NCBI RefSeq assembly: GCF_003334355.1
Contig: NZ_QOWP01000007.1
DNA from: Escherichia coli
GTDB lineage: Bacteria; Pseudomonadota; Gammaproteobacteria; Enterobacterales; Enterobacteriaceae
Direction: 5' to 3' (one strand)
DNA length: 64,000 bases
A program made the position numbers and the translations under genes. The notes beneath the pieces are model-generated. The model was given only the letters and a program-made list of their open reading frames with translations, did no database searches and was not told the DNA's origin. This document shows positions 1 to 15,195 of this stretch, one piece after another (within the stretch, counting starts at the first letter, position 1; each line of letters begins with the position of its first letter).

Positions 1-2
1 GT

Positions 3-1175
3 TTGAGCGTACTCGGTTTTCTGGCAACCGATATGTATCTGCCTGCTTTCGCCGCCATACAGGCCGACCTGCAAACGCCTGCGTCTGCTGTCAGTGCCAG
101 CCTTAGTCTGTTCCTTGCCGGTTTTGCCGCAGCCCAGCTTCTGTGGGGGCCACTCTCCGACCGTTATGGTCGTAAACCGGTGTTATTAATCGGCCTGACA
201 ATTTTTGCGTTAGGTAGTCTGGGGATGCTGTGGGTAGAAAACGCCGCTACGCTGCTAGTATTGCGTTTTGTACAGGCTGTGGGGGTCTGCGCCGCGGCGG
301 TTATCTGGCAAGCGTTAGTGACGGATTATTATCCTTCACAGAAAGTCAACCGTATTTTTGCGACCATCATGCCGCTGGTGGGTCTGTCTCCGGCACTTGC
401 TCCCCTGTTAGGAAGCTGGCTGCTGGTCCATTTTTCCTGGCAGGCGATTTTCGCCACCCTGTTTGCCATTACCGTGGTGCTGATTCTGCCTATTTTCTGG
501 CTCAAACCCACGACGAAGGCCCGTAACAATAGTCAGGATGGTCTGACCTTTACCGACCTGCTACGTTCTAAAACCTATCGCGGCAACGTGCTGATATATG
601 CGGCCTGTTCAGCCAGTTTTTTTGCATGGCTGACCGGTTCACCGTTCATCCTTAGTGAAATGGGCTACAGCCCGGCAGTTATTGGTTTAAGTTATGTCCC
701 GCAAACTATCGCGTTTCTGATTGGTGGTTATGGCTGTCGCGCCGCACTGCAGAAATGGCAAGGCAAGCAGTTATTACCGTGGTTGCTGGTGCTGTTTGCT
801 GTCAGCGTCATTGCGACCTGGGCTGCAGGCTTCATTAGCCATGTGTCGCTGGTCGAAATCCTGATCCCATTCTGTGTGATGGCGATTGCCAATGGCGCGA
901 TCTACCCTATTGTTGTCGCCCAGGCGCTGCGTCCCTTCCCACACGCAACTGGTCGCGCCGCAGCTTTGCAGAACACTCTACAACTGGGTCTGTGCTTCCT
1001 CGCAAGTCTGGTAGTTTCCTGGCTGATCAGTATCAGCACGCCATTGCTCACCACCACCAGCGTGATGTTATCAACAGTAGTGCTGGTCGCGCTGGGTTAC
1101 ATGATGCAACGTTGTGAAGAAGTTGGCTGCCAGAATCATGGCAATGCCGAAGTCGCTCATAGCGAATCACACTGA
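3..1175 (+). CDS. ydhC: Inner-membrane MFS transporter YdhC (5' end cut by window edge)
   Basis: 390-aa open frame running from window edge, multi-TM hydrophobic profile, sits immediately upstream of cfa as in K-12. Confidence 0.8.
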   Translation: MSVLGFLATDMYLPAFAAIQADLQTPASAVSASLSLFLAGFAAAQLLWGPLSDRYGRKPVLLIGLTIFALGSLGMLWVENAATLLVLRFVQAVGVCAAAVIWQALVTDYYPSQKVNRIFATIMPLVGLSPALAPLLGSWLLVHFSWQAIFATLFAITVVLILPIFWLKPTTKARNNSQDGLTFTDLLRSKTYRGNVLIYAACSASFFAWLTGSPFILSEMGYSPAVIGLSYVPQTIAFLIGGYGCRAALQKWQGKQLLPWLLVLFAVSVIATWAAGFISHVSLVEILIPFCVMAIANGAIYPIVVAQALRPFPHATGRAAALQNTLQLGLCFLASLVVSWLISISTPLLTTTSVMLSTVVLVALGYMMQRCEEVGCQNHGNAEVAHSESH

Positions 1176-1465
1176 TCTATATCGATATACTTATACTTAG
1201 GCTGCTAACAAAATTTTGTTGTATGATTGAAATTAGCGGCCTATACTAATTTCGAGTTGTTAAAGCTACGATAAATATTATGTTTTTACGGGGACAGGAT
1301 CGTTCCCGACTCACTATGGATGGTCATTTTGGCAAGGGTTCCTCCTTTCCCTCTGTTCTACGTCGGATTATAGACTCGCGGTTTTTTCTGCGAGATTTCT
1401 CACAAAGCCCAAAAAGCGTCTACGCTGTTTTAAGGTTCTGATCACCGACCAGTGATGGAGAAACT

Positions 1466-2614
1466 ATGAGTTCATCGTGTATAGAAGAAGTCAGCGTACC
1501 GGATGACAACTGGTACCGTATCGCCAACGAATTACTTAGCCGTGCCGGTATAGCCATTAACGGTTCTGCCCCGGCGGATATTCGTGTGAAAAACCCCGAT
1601 TTTTTTAAACGCGTTCTGCAAGAAGGCTCTTTGGGGTTAGGCGAAAGTTATATGGATGGCTGGTGGGAATGTGACCGACTGGATATGTTTTTTAGCAAAG
1701 TCTTACGCGCAGGTCTCGAGAACCAACTCCCCCATCATTTCAAAGACACGCTGCGTATTGCCGGCGCTCGTCTCTTCAATCTGCAGAGTAAAAAACGTGC
1801 CTGGATAGTCGGCAAAGAGCATTACGATTTGGGTAATGACTTGTTCAGCCGCATGCTTGATCCCTTCATGCAATATTCCTGCGCTTACTGGAAAGATGCC
1901 GATAATCTGGAATCTGCCCAGCAGGCGAAGCTCAAAATGATTTGTGAAAAATTGCAGTTAAAACCAGGGATGCGCGTACTGGATATTGGCTGCGGCTGGG
2001 GCGGACTGGCACACTACATGGCATCTAATTATGACGTAAGCGTGGTGGGCGTCACCATTTCTGCCGAACAGCAAAAAATGGCTCAGGAACGCTGTGAAGG
2101 CCTGGATGTCACCATTTTGCTGCAAGATTATCGTGACCTGAACGACCAGTTTGATCGTATTGTTTCTGTGGGGATGTTCGAGCACGTCGGACCGAAAAAT
2201 TACGATACCTATTTTGCGGTGGTGGATCGTAATTTGAAACCGGAAGGCATATTCCTGCTCCATACTATCGGTTCGAAAAAAACCGATCTGAATGTTGATC
2301 CCTGGATTAACAAATATATTTTTCCGAACGGTTGCCTGCCCTCTGTACGCCAGATTGCTCAATCCAGCGAACCCCACTTTGTGATGGAAGACTGGCATAA
2401 CTTCGGTGCTGATTACGATACTACGTTGATGGCGTGGTATGAACGATTCCTCGCCGCATGGCCAGAAATTGCGGATAACTACAGTGAACGCTTTAAACGA
2501 ATGTTTACCTATTATCTGAATGCCTGTGCAGGTGCTTTCCGCGCCCGTGATATTCAGCTCTGGCAGGTCGTGTTCTCACGCGGTGTTGAAAACGGCCTTC
2601 GAGTGGCTCGCTAA
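1466..2614 (+). CDS. cfa: Cyclopropane-fatty-acyl-phospholipid synthase
   Basis: 382-aa ORF with SAM-methyltransferase motif VLDIGCGWGG; recognised sequence and length. Confidence 0.95.
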   Translation: MSSSCIEEVSVPDDNWYRIANELLSRAGIAINGSAPADIRVKNPDFFKRVLQEGSLGLGESYMDGWWECDRLDMFFSKVLRAGLENQLPHHFKDTLRIAGARLFNLQSKKRAWIVGKEHYDLGNDLFSRMLDPFMQYSCAYWKDADNLESAQQAKLKMICEKLQLKPGMRVLDIGCGWGGLAHYMASNYDVSVVGVTISAEQQKMAQERCEGLDVTILLQDYRDLNDQFDRIVSVGMFEHVGPKNYDTYFAVVDRNLKPEGIFLLHTIGSKKTDLNVDPWINKYIFPNGCLPSVRQIAQSSEPHFVMEDWHNFGADYDTTLMAWYERFLAAWPEIADNYSERFKRMFTYYLNACAGAFRARDIQLWQVVFSRGVENGLRVAR

Positions 2615-2624
2615 AGGCTATTCT

Positions 2625-2647
2625 ATCGCCCCCTCTCCGGGGGCGAT
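2625..2647. terminator. GC-rich hairpin between convergent cfa and ribC (weak U-tract)
   Basis: ATCGCCCCC-tctcc-GGGGGCGAT inverted repeat in a 39-bp convergent intergenic gap. Confidence 0.35.
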
Positions 2648-2653
2648 TTCAGA

Positions 2654-3295
2654 TCAGGCTTCTGTACCTGGTTGATTCATGGCATTTTCTCGTGCCGCCA
2701 GCACACGTTCTACCGTATCTACCACTGCCTGAGTTTGTGGATCGATTTCAATGTTGACGCGTGCGCCAAGTTTTTTCTTCCCAAGAGTCGTGCGTTCCAG
2801 TGTTTCCGGAATTAAATGGACGCAAAAACGCGTTGGCGTGACTTCGCCGACGGTCAGGCTAATACCGTCGATGCCAATAAATCCTTTGTACAGAATATAT
2901 TTCATCAACTGACTATCCTGGACTTTAAACCAGATCTGGCGATTATTTTCCGAGGTTAATATTTTCGCCACTTCAGCGGTGGTCATAATATGACCTGACA
3001 TTAAGTGTCCGCCAATTTCATCACTGAATTTCGCCGCACGCTCAACGTTTACCCAATCCCCCACTTTTAAATCGCCAAGATTGGTAATGCGTAACGTTTC
3101 TTTCATCAGGTCAAAACTGACATGGTTGCCGTTAATTTCCGTCACGGTCAGGCAGCAACCGTTATGCGCCACGGACGCACCAGTTTCCAGGCCGTCCAGC
3201 ATGTGGTCGGGTAACTCCACCACATGCGTACGAAAATTTGGTTTCTCGTCAATCGACACCAGTTTTGCGGTGCCCTGTACAATCCCCGTAAACAT
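2654..3295 (-). CDS. ribC: Riboflavin synthase alpha subunit
   Basis: 213-aa ORF beginning MFTGIVQG, internally duplicated lumazine-binding fold. Confidence 0.9.
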   Translation of the reverse strand: MFTGIVQGTAKLVSIDEKPNFRTHVVELPDHMLDGLETGASVAHNGCCLTVTEINGNHVSFDLMKETLRITNLGDLKVGDWVNVERAAKFSDEIGGHLMSGHIMTTAEVAKILTSENNRQIWFKVQDSQLMKYILYKGFIGIDGISLTVGEVTPTRFCVHLIPETLERTTLGKKKLGARVNIEIDPQTQAVVDTVERVLAARENAMNQPGTEA

Positions 3296-3488
3296 ACTTA
3301 CAACTCCTGAAATCAGTTAAGACATTCTGTTCAGCACAATAGCAGGTGGCAAACGCCCTTACCAGTGAAGGGGTAAGAATGACTATTTTTTCACTGGAGA
3401 ATTAATAAATCCTCGCTACAATAGACTGAATTTCCCCTGCTTCTTCTTTTTGCTGCCCATTCAGGCGGCTTTTTAGTCTCTCATATAA

Positions 3489-4883
<1,395 letters not shown>

Positions 4884-4891
4884 TAAAGACA

Positions 4892-4927
4892 AGGCGCAAC
4901 CTTCACGGGTTGCGCCTGTATTTTTAC
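4892..4927 (+). terminator. Rho-independent terminator after mdtK (overlaps ydhQ stop)
   Basis: AGGCGCAACC-ttcacgg-GTTGCGCCT hairpin followed by GTATTTTTA. Confidence 0.55.
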
Positions 4928-6180
4928 GCAGGCTGGAGCGTTGCGCCAATCCCGTCTTCGTCTGGCTGTAGTTTCAGTGCGTTACACAGAGTTTGCCGAC
5001 TGGCATCTGTTATCTCAACGTGTATATCACCGGTAACTTCCCCTTTCACATTGATGAAGTCAGGTGAAATTTCTTTCGCACTGGTTTGCAGGCAAATCGC
5101 TCCCTCTCCGCGCAGGCGTTTCACTTTCAGTTGCACATGCGTTGCCGCACCAGTGATCAGCCACAGTTTTCCGCCATTCAGATTGATGTTACCAACACTG
5201 AAAGTGACACTGTCACCTTTTACCGTACTGCCGTCGAGAATCAACACACCGCCCTGCTGTACAGTAATCGTTGATTGTTGCAGCTCTGCGCCATAACCAA
5301 TAATCATTGAAGCGCCGTCCAGTAATGCAACACTCCCGGTCAGTTCAACCGGTGCGCGATCTTCCTCTACGACAAAATTTTCGTCCGCGCTGGTGGGTGA
5401 CAACAGGATCACTGTTCCACCTTGTATTACCGCATTTTCCAGCGTACCGGCATGCACTTCAGCCCGACCACCCACATTCACGGACAGGTTTTGCGTCTTA
5501 CCGGAACTGTAGAGCTGAAGGCCATCCGTCCCCAGACGATAAATGGATCCATTCTCAACAATAGTGTCAGAGTCTTCACCACCGAGATTATTCATGGTGC
5601 CACCAGCAAGCAACGTATCACTGGCTTTCCCGGCCAGCATAAAAACGCCGCCCTGATTAATCTCACAATTGCTGGCTTCCCCACCTGGATACACCAACAA
5701 TTCACCACCTTCATCTACCACGACCGCTGAGGTTGTCCCATTAACCAACAGGCCGCCCTCTTGATCGAGAATGATTTTTTCCGCGCGATGGCCTTCCAGT
5801 ACACGCAGGTTACCGCCATTTTCCAGCAACAAACCGCAGGCATAACCTTTATCAACGCTGAATTCACCTTCGGGATGGCGGCCATTAACCGTAGCGAGCG
5901 TAGAGAGACTAATTGCGCCTCCCTCGGACTGAACAATATCTGTGGCAATGGCACCGTCGCTGACCGATAGCGTGCCATTGTTACCGTACTGTGTGCATTT
6001 GGCGATCCCACCGGTTGCCACTTTCAACCAGCCAGCCCCCGTGACCACGGTATTTTCGGCTCTTCCGCCAGCTTCAACAATCAACTCGCCTTCAGTAAGT
6101 TGCGTCGCGCCAATGACCTCGCCGGTCTTAACAATTTGCACATTCCCGTCGCTCATCAAGTTTTTCGCATCAGATCCCAT
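4924..6180 (-). CDS. ydhQ: Autotransporter-adhesin-related repeat protein YdhQ
   Basis: 418-aa ORF, Gly/Thr/Val-rich beta-helical repeat composition, position matches K-12. Confidence 0.8.
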   Translation of the reverse strand: MGSDAKNLMSDGNVQIVKTGEVIGATQLTEGELIVEAGGRAENTVVTGAGWLKVATGGIAKCTQYGNNGTLSVSDGAIATDIVQSEGGAISLSTLATVNGRHPEGEFSVDKGYACGLLLENGGNLRVLEGHRAEKIILDQEGGLLVNGTTSAVVVDEGGELLVYPGGEASNCEINQGGVFMLAGKASDTLLAGGTMNNLGGEDSDTIVENGSIYRLGTDGLQLYSSGKTQNLSVNVGGRAEVHAGTLENAVIQGGTVILLSPTSADENFVVEEDRAPVELTGSVALLDGASMIIGYGAELQQSTITVQQGGVLILDGSTVKGDSVTFSVGNINLNGGKLWLITGAATHVQLKVKRLRGEGAICLQTSAKEISPDFINVKGEVTGDIHVEITDASRQTLCNALKLQPDEDGIGATLQPA

Positions 6181-6487
6181 GATTTATTCCTTTGCTGCAT
6201 CTGTGTGCCTTTATTGCTACCTAAGTGTAAAGGCTACGGAGGATTTATCCACGACAGATTTGAGATGGTGGCAAACAACTCTGTTTAAACTCTGATACAC
6301 GAATTATTGGGTTGTATCAGATGTAAATGCGATCCTGAATAAAAATCGCCCTTGCAAATCAACAAAATATAGCCAATTTGCTTAAAAGCTCTGCAAACGG
6401 TCGAAATAGCGCAGAAAATTACGTTTTGCCTCTTGCCACCTTCCCACTCTGCCGCTAATATTCGTCCCCGTTGTCACCTACAACGTT

Positions 6488-6564
6488 GCGTTCATAGCTC
6501 AGTTGGTTAGAGCACCACCTTGACATGGTGGGGGTCGTTGGTTCGAGTCCAATTGAACGCACCA
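6488..6564 (+). tRNA. valV: tRNA-Val (GAC)
   Basis: 77-nt cloverleaf GCGTTCATAGCTCAGTTGGTTAGAGC...anticodon loop CTTGACAT...GGTTCGAGTCC...ACGCACCA, encoded CCA end. Confidence 0.95.
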
Positions 6565-6568
6565 TCCT

Positions 6569-6645
6569 GCGTCCGTAGCTCAGTTGGTTAGAGCACCACC
6601 TTGACATGGTGGGGGTCGGTGGTTCGAGTCCACTCGGACGCACCA
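6569..6645 (+). tRNA. valW: tRNA-Val (GAC), second tandem copy
   Basis: 77-nt near-identical copy 4 bp downstream of valV with differing acceptor and T stems, encoded CCA. Confidence 0.95.
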
Positions 6646-6676
6646 GATTTTCTTAATCTGGTCTTTTCCTTTTTCC
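6643..6676 (+). terminator. Rho-independent terminator of valVW
   Basis: CCAGATT-ttctt-AATCTGG hairpin followed by TCTTTTCCTTTTTCC. Confidence 0.5.
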
Positions 6677-6752
6677 CTCTGTTTCTTCTCTGTATCCAAT
6701 ACGTTAAAAGATTTACACTATCTTCGTATGCGTTATCAGAAGGAGAATCGCT

Positions 6753-7058
6753 ATGGCAACTTTGTTACAACTTCATTTTGCTTTTAATGGCCCATTTGGC
6801 GACGCAATGGCTGAGCAGCTTAAACCGCTTGCTGAGTCGATTAATCAGGAACCTGGTTTTCTGTGGAAGGTATGGACAGAAAGTGAAAAGAACCACGAAG
6901 CCGGTGGGATCTATCTTTTTACTGATGAAAAAAGCGCCCTTGCCTATCTGGAAAAACATACTGCCCGACTTAAAAATCTCGGCGTTGAGGAAGTTGTCGC
7001 CAAAGTTTTCGATGTCAATGAGCCACTGAGTCAAATCAATCAGGCAAAACTCGCCTGA
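6753..7058 (+). CDS. ydhR: Putative monooxygenase YdhR (dimeric alpha/beta barrel)
   Basis: 101-aa [19 protein letters not shown]..., recognised. Confidence 0.85.
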
Positions 7059-7183
7059 CAGAATTTAATCAAGGGCGGTTAGCGCCCTTTTCATCCCTGT
7101 CTGAAATTTCTCAAATTCTAAAAATCTCAACCAAACTTATCTGATAACACTAAATTCGAAAGAATGCGTACAGGTAAGTAACA

Positions 7184-8788
7184 ATGAAAAAAATTGCTAT
7201 TGTGGGTGCCGGGCCTACGGGGATCTACACCTTATTCTCGCTTCTACAGCAACAAACTCCACTTTCTATTTCTATCTTCGAGCAGGCTGACGAGGCCGGT
7301 GTCGGGATGCCATACAGTGATGAGGAAAACTCAAAAATGATGCTGGCAAATATTGCCAGTATTGAAATACCGCCGATTAATTGTACGTATCTCGAATGGC
7401 TACAAAAGCAAGAAGCCAGCCATCTCCAGCGTTATGGCGTTAAAAAAGAAACCTTGCACGATCGTCAGTTTTTACCGCGAATTCTGCTGGGCGAATATTT
7501 CCGCGATCAATTTTTACGATTAGTAGACCAGGCACGAAAGCAAAAATTTGCAGTGGCTGTTTATGAATCATGCCAGGTTACCGATCTGCAAATTACAAAT
7601 GCTGGCGTCATGCTCGCTACAAATCAGGGTTTACCCAGAGAGACGTTTGATTTAGCGGTGATTGCCACGGGTCACGTCTGGCCTGATGAAGAAGAAGCAA
7701 CCCGAACGTATTTTCCCAGCCCGTGGTCAGGCCTGATGGAAGCAAAGGTCGATGCGTGTAACGTGGGTATTATGGGAACATCCTTGAGCGGACTGGATGC
7801 GGCAATGGCAGTGGCTATTCAGCATGGTTCGTTCATTGAAGATGATAAACAACACGTCGTTTTTCACCGCGATAACGCAAGTGAAAAGCTAAATATCACG
7901 TTGATGTCGCGCACGGGTATTTTACCCGAAGCCGATTTCTATTGCCCTATTCCCTACGAGCCCTTACACATTGTCACCGATCAGGCATTAAATGCTGAGA
8001 TTCAAAAAGGCGAAGAGGGCCTTTTGGATCGGGTATTTAGATTGATAGTAGAGGAAATCAAGTTTGCTGATCCAGACTGGAGCCAACGCATAGCCTTAGA
8101 GAGCCTGAATGTCGATTCCTTTGCTCAAGCCTGGTTTGCCGAGCGCAAACAACGCGACCCATTTGACTGGGCAGAAAAAAATCTCCAGGAAGTCGAACGC
8201 AATAAACGAGAAAAACATACTGTTCCCTGGCGTTATGTCATTCTGCGCCTGCATGAAGCCGTACAGGAAATTGTTCCACATCTGAATGAACACGACCATA
8301 AACGGTTCAGTAAAGGCCTTGCCCGGGTTTTTATCGATAATTATGCGGCAATCCCTTCAGAGTCTATTCGTCGGCTGCTGGCCTTACGTGAAGCGGGGAT
8401 CATTCATATTCTCGCCCTCGGTGAAGACTACGAAATGGAAATTAATGAGTCGCGCACCGTCCTGAAAACGGAAGACAACAGCTACTCGTTTGACGTTTTT
8501 ATTGATGCCCGCGGACAGCGTCCACTTAAAGTGAAAGATATTCCTTTCCCTGGGCTACGCGAGCAATTACAGAAAACAGGGGATGAAATCCCTGATGTTG
8601 GCGAAGATTATACGTTACAGCAACCCGAAGATATTCGTGGACGCGTAGCGTTCGGCGCGTTGCCCTGGTTGATGCACGACCAGCCTTTCGTTCAGGGACT
8701 TACGGCATGTGCAGAAATTGGTGAGGCGATGGCTCGGGCGGTCGTAAAACCTGCATCCCGTGCACGTCGGCGTCTTTCGTTTGATTAA
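7184..8788 (+). CDS. ydhS: FAD/NAD(P)-binding protein YdhS
   Basis: 534-aa ORF with N-terminal Rossmann motif IAIVGAGPTG. Confidence 0.85.
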   Translation: MKKIAIVGAGPTGIYTLFSLLQQQTPLSISIFEQADEAGVGMPYSDEENSKMMLANIASIEIPPINCTYLEWLQKQEASHLQRYGVKKETLHDRQFLPRILLGEYFRDQFLRLVDQARKQKFAVAVYESCQVTDLQITNAGVMLATNQGLPRETFDLAVIATGHVWPDEEEATRTYFPSPWSGLMEAKVDACNVGIMGTSLSGLDAAMAVAIQHGSFIEDDKQHVVFHRDNASEKLNITLMSRTGILPEADFYCPIPYEPLHIVTDQALNAEIQKGEEGLLDRVFRLIVEEIKFADPDWSQRIALESLNVDSFAQAWFAERKQRDPFDWAEKNLQEVERNKREKHTVPWRYVILRLHEAVQEIVPHLNEHDHKRFSKGLARVFIDNYAAIPSESIRRLLALREAGIIHILALGEDYEMEINESRTVLKTEDNSYSFDVFIDARGQRPLKVKDIPFPGLREQLQKTGDEIPDVGEDYTLQQPEDIRGRVAFGALPWLMHDQPFVQGLTACAEIGEAMARAVVKPASRARRRLSFD

Positions 8789-8799
8789 AGGTAAAGCTA

Positions 8800-9612
8800 T
8801 CAGCACTCAACAAACTGATGCTGTTCATTAAGACGATAGCGGACTCCGGCTCGAATATTGTTTTCACCTTCAATGGCGACGGCGAAGCGAACTCTTTCGC
8901 CGTCATGATATGCCAGTGCGGCGCTTCCCCCTGGCCCGAGAATAATTGAGTCGACCACGCCCGTGCTCACTACCGTTGAATTTTCACCGCTGGCAATGAT
9001 GTGTACATTGTCGCCGCTGTTGGCAATTCTGGCGTTTGCGCCAAAGCTGGCGATTTGCGCCAGGTCACCATTACTGGCGACATGACACCGTTCACCCAAT
9101 GTACAAACGCGTACTCGCATTCCGGTGTTCGCAATCCGACTACTATCTCCAGCGCTGCTTATCCGCGAAGAATTACCGGTTACAGCAACCCGTGCGCGTT
9201 CACCGGAGCTGCCAATGTGACTGTTAAAGCCGACACTTCCAATCCGCACGCTATAACCCATACTGGCAATTTGCGCGGCATACCCAGCGGTTGCGATTCG
9301 GGCGTTATCCTCACAACAGCCGATGCGAGCATGATCGTCGCTGCGGGCAAACTGACTGCAAAATGGTATCTCTCCGGGGTCTGTGGCCAGTTTTTGCATA
9401 GAGGAAACTTCCTGATGCGCGAAGTTTTCATCCGCCAGCCATTTTTTCCACGCATACTCAACCAGACTCTCCGCCCAGTCCGTATATCCTTCCTCAATCA
9501 GTGCATGATGAATATCGGCATAACTACCGCCGCGTGGGAAATGGCGCAGGAACCAGCGATACATCACCGCTCCGATACGCCATTCTCGCAGGTCTGCTCG
9601 TGTAATGATCAT
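8800..9612 (-). CDS. ydhT: YdhT, last gene of ydhYVWXUT operon
   Basis: 270-aa ORF, operon position. Confidence 0.8.
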   Translation of the reverse strand: MIITRADLREWRIGAVMYRWFLRHFPRGGSYADIHHALIEEGYTDWAESLVEYAWKKWLADENFAHQEVSSMQKLATDPGEIPFCSQFARSDDHARIGCCEDNARIATAGYAAQIASMGYSVRIGSVGFNSHIGSSGERARVAVTGNSSRISSAGDSSRIANTGMRVRVCTLGERCHVASNGDLAQIASFGANARIANSGDNVHIIASGENSTVVSTGVVDSIILGPGGSAALAYHDGERVRFAVAIEGENNIRAGVRYRLNEQHQFVEC

Positions 9613-9615
9613 TCG

Positions 9616-10401
9616 TTAGTGCCGGTGATAGCCATCGACCATGCTTTTAAAGGTTTCGTGTGGCGTACGCCCCGTAGTGCAAAGATAAAGATGACCGAAG
9701 ATAAAAAAGAGGCTTATAAATGCCAGAGCAAAATGCGCCTGCAATAACCAGTATCTTACGCCAGGAAACACATCTCCCACGGCTTGCGGATAGAGACACA
9801 ACAGCCCCGTCAATAGTAACAACGGCAGCAATCCATACATGACACCAACATAGGCGACCTGCTGTAAGGGATTAAATTTAGACTGTGTTGTTGCCGGTAA
9901 AGGATGTTCTTCCCCCTGCATAATGCCAAACAAATAAAATCGCGTTTGTTTTGCCGCTCGTTCCAGCCACCCCTGACGACGAATGCGATAGTGGTGACCA
10001 TTATCCCCAACGGCATTGATCAGCACAAAGCCGAGCCAGCATGCCAGTAACAAAAATCCGCAAACTTCATGCACCGCAACCAGACTTTTAACCGCAGTTG
10101 CGCCCACCATCGCAAAGTGATTTATCAGCCCACTTGCCAGCAACAATACAAAGAGTAACGCATTCGACCAGTGCCATAATCTGACCGCTTTGCTGTAAAG
10201 ATAAACCTTCTCACCATGATCGGTGGCTGATTTCTTCACGCCACGAGCACGAAGCAAGGCGTGCAGCCCCAGCACCAACCACACCCCAACCAGCAATACT
10301 CCGGCAATGATCAACCACACCGGCCAAAATTCGGGAGTGAACTGTGGCACATAGTTCGCTAACTGGCTCTGAAACTGTTCAGCATGTTGCGACGGGTTCA
10401 T
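9616..10401 (-). CDS. ydhU: PhsC-like membrane cytochrome b subunit YdhU
   Basis: 261-aa polytopic ORF, 4-bp overlap with ydhX. Confidence 0.8.
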   Translation of the reverse strand: MNPSQHAEQFQSQLANYVPQFTPEFWPVWLIIAGVLLVGVWLVLGLHALLRARGVKKSATDHGEKVYLYSKAVRLWHWSNALLFVLLLASGLINHFAMVGATAVKSLVAVHEVCGFLLLACWLGFVLINAVGDNGHHYRIRRQGWLERAAKQTRFYLFGIMQGEEHPLPATTQSKFNPLQQVAYVGVMYGLLPLLLLTGLLCLYPQAVGDVFPGVRYWLLQAHFALAFISLFFIFGHLYLCTTGRTPHETFKSMVDGYHRH

Positions 10402-11066
10402 ACATTTTCCTTTTTAATCAAATGTTGACCGAACCGGCGATACAGATGCGGTTTCCCGGCACCAGGTAGCTGATATTGATAGTATTTATTATCCTGCAAC
10501 CACGCCTGAATTTCTGGGCTATCTTCGCGACCAAAGATCAATGCGTGTTCCGGACAGGCGCTGACGCAAATGGGCGGAAAGCCTTTTGCCAGTCGGGACT
10601 CAGCGCAGAAATCACATTTATCTGCCACTTTAGTGACAGGGTTAAGGTAGCGAACCTGGTACGGACAAGCGCCAATGCAATAACTGCAGCCGATGCACTG
10701 CGATTTTTCTACCCGCACGATCCCCTGCTCATCACGCCACGATGCCCCCGTCGGGCATACGTCGATGCACGGAGCATCTTCGCAGTGCTGACATGACTGG
10801 CGAAAAAAGTGATACTGCGTTTCGTTGTCGTTATCGGTGACTGGAATGTGTGCTATCGATAAACGGCTTCCCTGAGCGGGGACGTGGTTAGTTTTACGGC
10901 ATGCGCGGGCGCAAATATTACAGCCATTGCACCGTGACTCGTCATGAATCATGGCATACCGAACTTCCTTTTCTTGCCTCGTGTTCGCTAACAGAGAAGA
11001 CGCAGAACCAGTAAAAAAGATTACTGTTCCCATCCCCAGAACAAATTTGCGTCGAGTGAAGGACAT
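10398..11066 (-). CDS. ydhX: Tat-exported 4Fe-4S ferredoxin-like protein YdhX
   Basis: Twin-arginine signal TRRKFVLG and multiple CxxCxxCxxxCP clusters; start trimmed from ORF-track 11117 to the Met before the RR motif. Confidence 0.8.
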   Translation of the reverse strand: MSFTRRKFVLGMGTVIFFTGSASSLLANTRQEKEVRYAMIHDESRCNGCNICARACRKTNHVPAQGSRLSIAHIPVTDNDNETQYHFFRQSCQHCEDAPCIDVCPTGASWRDEQGIVRVEKSQCIGCSYCIGACPYQVRYLNPVTKVADKCDFCAESRLAKGFPPICVSACPEHALIFGREDSPEIQAWLQDNKYYQYQLPGAGKPHLYRRFGQHLIKKENV

Positions 11067-11129
11067 CTGATTATCCCCTAATGCAGTGGCTGCAACTGTC
11101 CACCCTATCCATGACATCTCCCTGAAATT

Positions 11130-11777
11130 TCAGGGGTTCTGAAACTGCTCTACCTCGAACCATTCGCATAAGCCATAAGCCTTGCCATAGGTCATAAATC
11201 GCTCGCTAAACAAGTACAACACCGCCGTCGATGACTCCACCTGCCGTATATCGGCATATTCAGGTGCAACATCCATCGCGGCGATCGCGGCTTCAATCTG
11301 CGCTTCCTGGAAGTAATATGGCGCTTGCATCAGCATGGCGACTTTGTAAGGACGAGGATACGTCTGGCACTCAAAACGAACGGCGTGTGCAATGGCGCGA
11401 CAAATGTCCTGCTCCACAACTTGCAAAGACATCGCCGCGTAGTTTTCACTCATGGCCTGCGTTGAGTAATAGTAATCATCCTGACTTCCCGTCATACAAG
11501 CGATATCCGCGTAGTCTCCGTTCTGCTTAATGCTTTCCAGCAAAACTGACAGTTCCTCTTCTGCAACCGAATAGGGTGGCGAGAGAAACACGGCGCGCGC
11601 CACCAGCTGCCCAGCCGCAGAATGCTGGCGAATGAACTCTGCCAGGATTTCAGCCGGTTCTGGTTCGGTTACCGTATCAACGGGGTGACGCATCCCCTGT
11701 AACCATTGCCGCTTCGCCTCGTCAACTTCGCTGACTTTCGCTAACGGCAATTCATCCCGATGGTTCATCTCACCCAT
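11130..11777 (-). CDS. ydhW: YdhW
   Basis: 215-aa ORF in operon. Confidence 0.8.
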   Translation of the reverse strand: MGEMNHRDELPLAKVSEVDEAKRQWLQGMRHPVDTVTEPEPAEILAEFIRQHSAAGQLVARAVFLSPPYSVAEEELSVLLESIKQNGDYADIACMTGSQDDYYYSTQAMSENYAAMSLQVVEQDICRAIAHAVRFECQTYPRPYKVAMLMQAPYYFQEAQIEAAIAAMDVAPEYADIRQVESSTAVLYLFSERFMTYGKAYGLCEWFEVEQFQNP

Positions 11778-11780
11778 TCC

Positions 11781-14530
<2,750 letters not shown>

Positions 14531-14731
14531 TTATTTCGCATCCTCTTCGCAAACACAGTGCTGACAATTCAGCAGCCTGATATTAAGCATTCAACTAATA
14601 CGCTGCTGACTCTGTCCCCAACACCAGATATTTTCCCTAACCCGATAGTGTATGAGAAAAGATTTAACGCCGATAAACTAATCCTTTATGGTTAGGAGAA
14701 AAAATAATGTGATTATTCTGAGCCCTTAACA

Positions 14732-14745
14732 TTGATCGTTATCAA
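14732..14745. promoter_or_regulatory. Candidate FNR site upstream of ydhY operon
   Basis: Exact TTGAT-N4-ATCAA palindrome (TTGATcgttATCAA) in AT-rich region upstream of ydhY. Confidence 0.45.
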
Positions 14746-14985
14746 TTAAAATTACAAAGCAAGAAATTATAAGTGAACTGATATTTATTATCATTTGAAA
14801 TAAATTTAACTTAAGCGACAATTATTTGTGACGTTCATTGCAGAAAATAAAAATAATATTATCGTTATAAATTAAAATACATACCGCAATTCGTATAATT
14901 TCAGCAGTTGTTATTTAGAATGATTAACTGGACCGCAACTGAAGCAAGAATATCAGGATGAAGCTTACCGCCTCATCCTGAATGG

Positions 14986-15195
14986 TCATTTTACCAGTGC
15001 GTTAATGACGGTTTCCATCGCCTGCTTTTCCAGCTCACTGCGCTGAATGCGTTTATTGGCTAATGCTGTACGTAATACGCCTGCGATAACAATATGCTTT
15101 GGTTCCTGCCCCAGATCGCGCATTTCCAGCACAACTTTACCGACAACTCTGCACATTTCTCGGTACAGTTCATCCTCTTTTGTCCGATTTCCCAT
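14986..15195 (-). CDS. fumD: Small protein YdhZ (fumarase D)
   Basis: 69-aa ORF, position between ydhY and pykF. Confidence 0.7.
   Translation of the reverse strand: MGNRTKEDELYREMCRVVGKVVLEMRDLGQEPKHIVIAGVLRTALANKRIQRSELEKQAMETVINALVK

Noticed and set aside
6455-6643. 62-aa minus-strand ORF, and the 5' part of the 142-aa plus-strand ORF 6601..7029
   Set aside because: Both overlap the tandem tRNA-Val genes and their repetitive translations simply mirror the duplicated tRNA sequence.
9001-9747. 248-aa plus-strand ORF
   Set aside because: Antisense to ydhT and ydhU; no RBS; shadow ORF.
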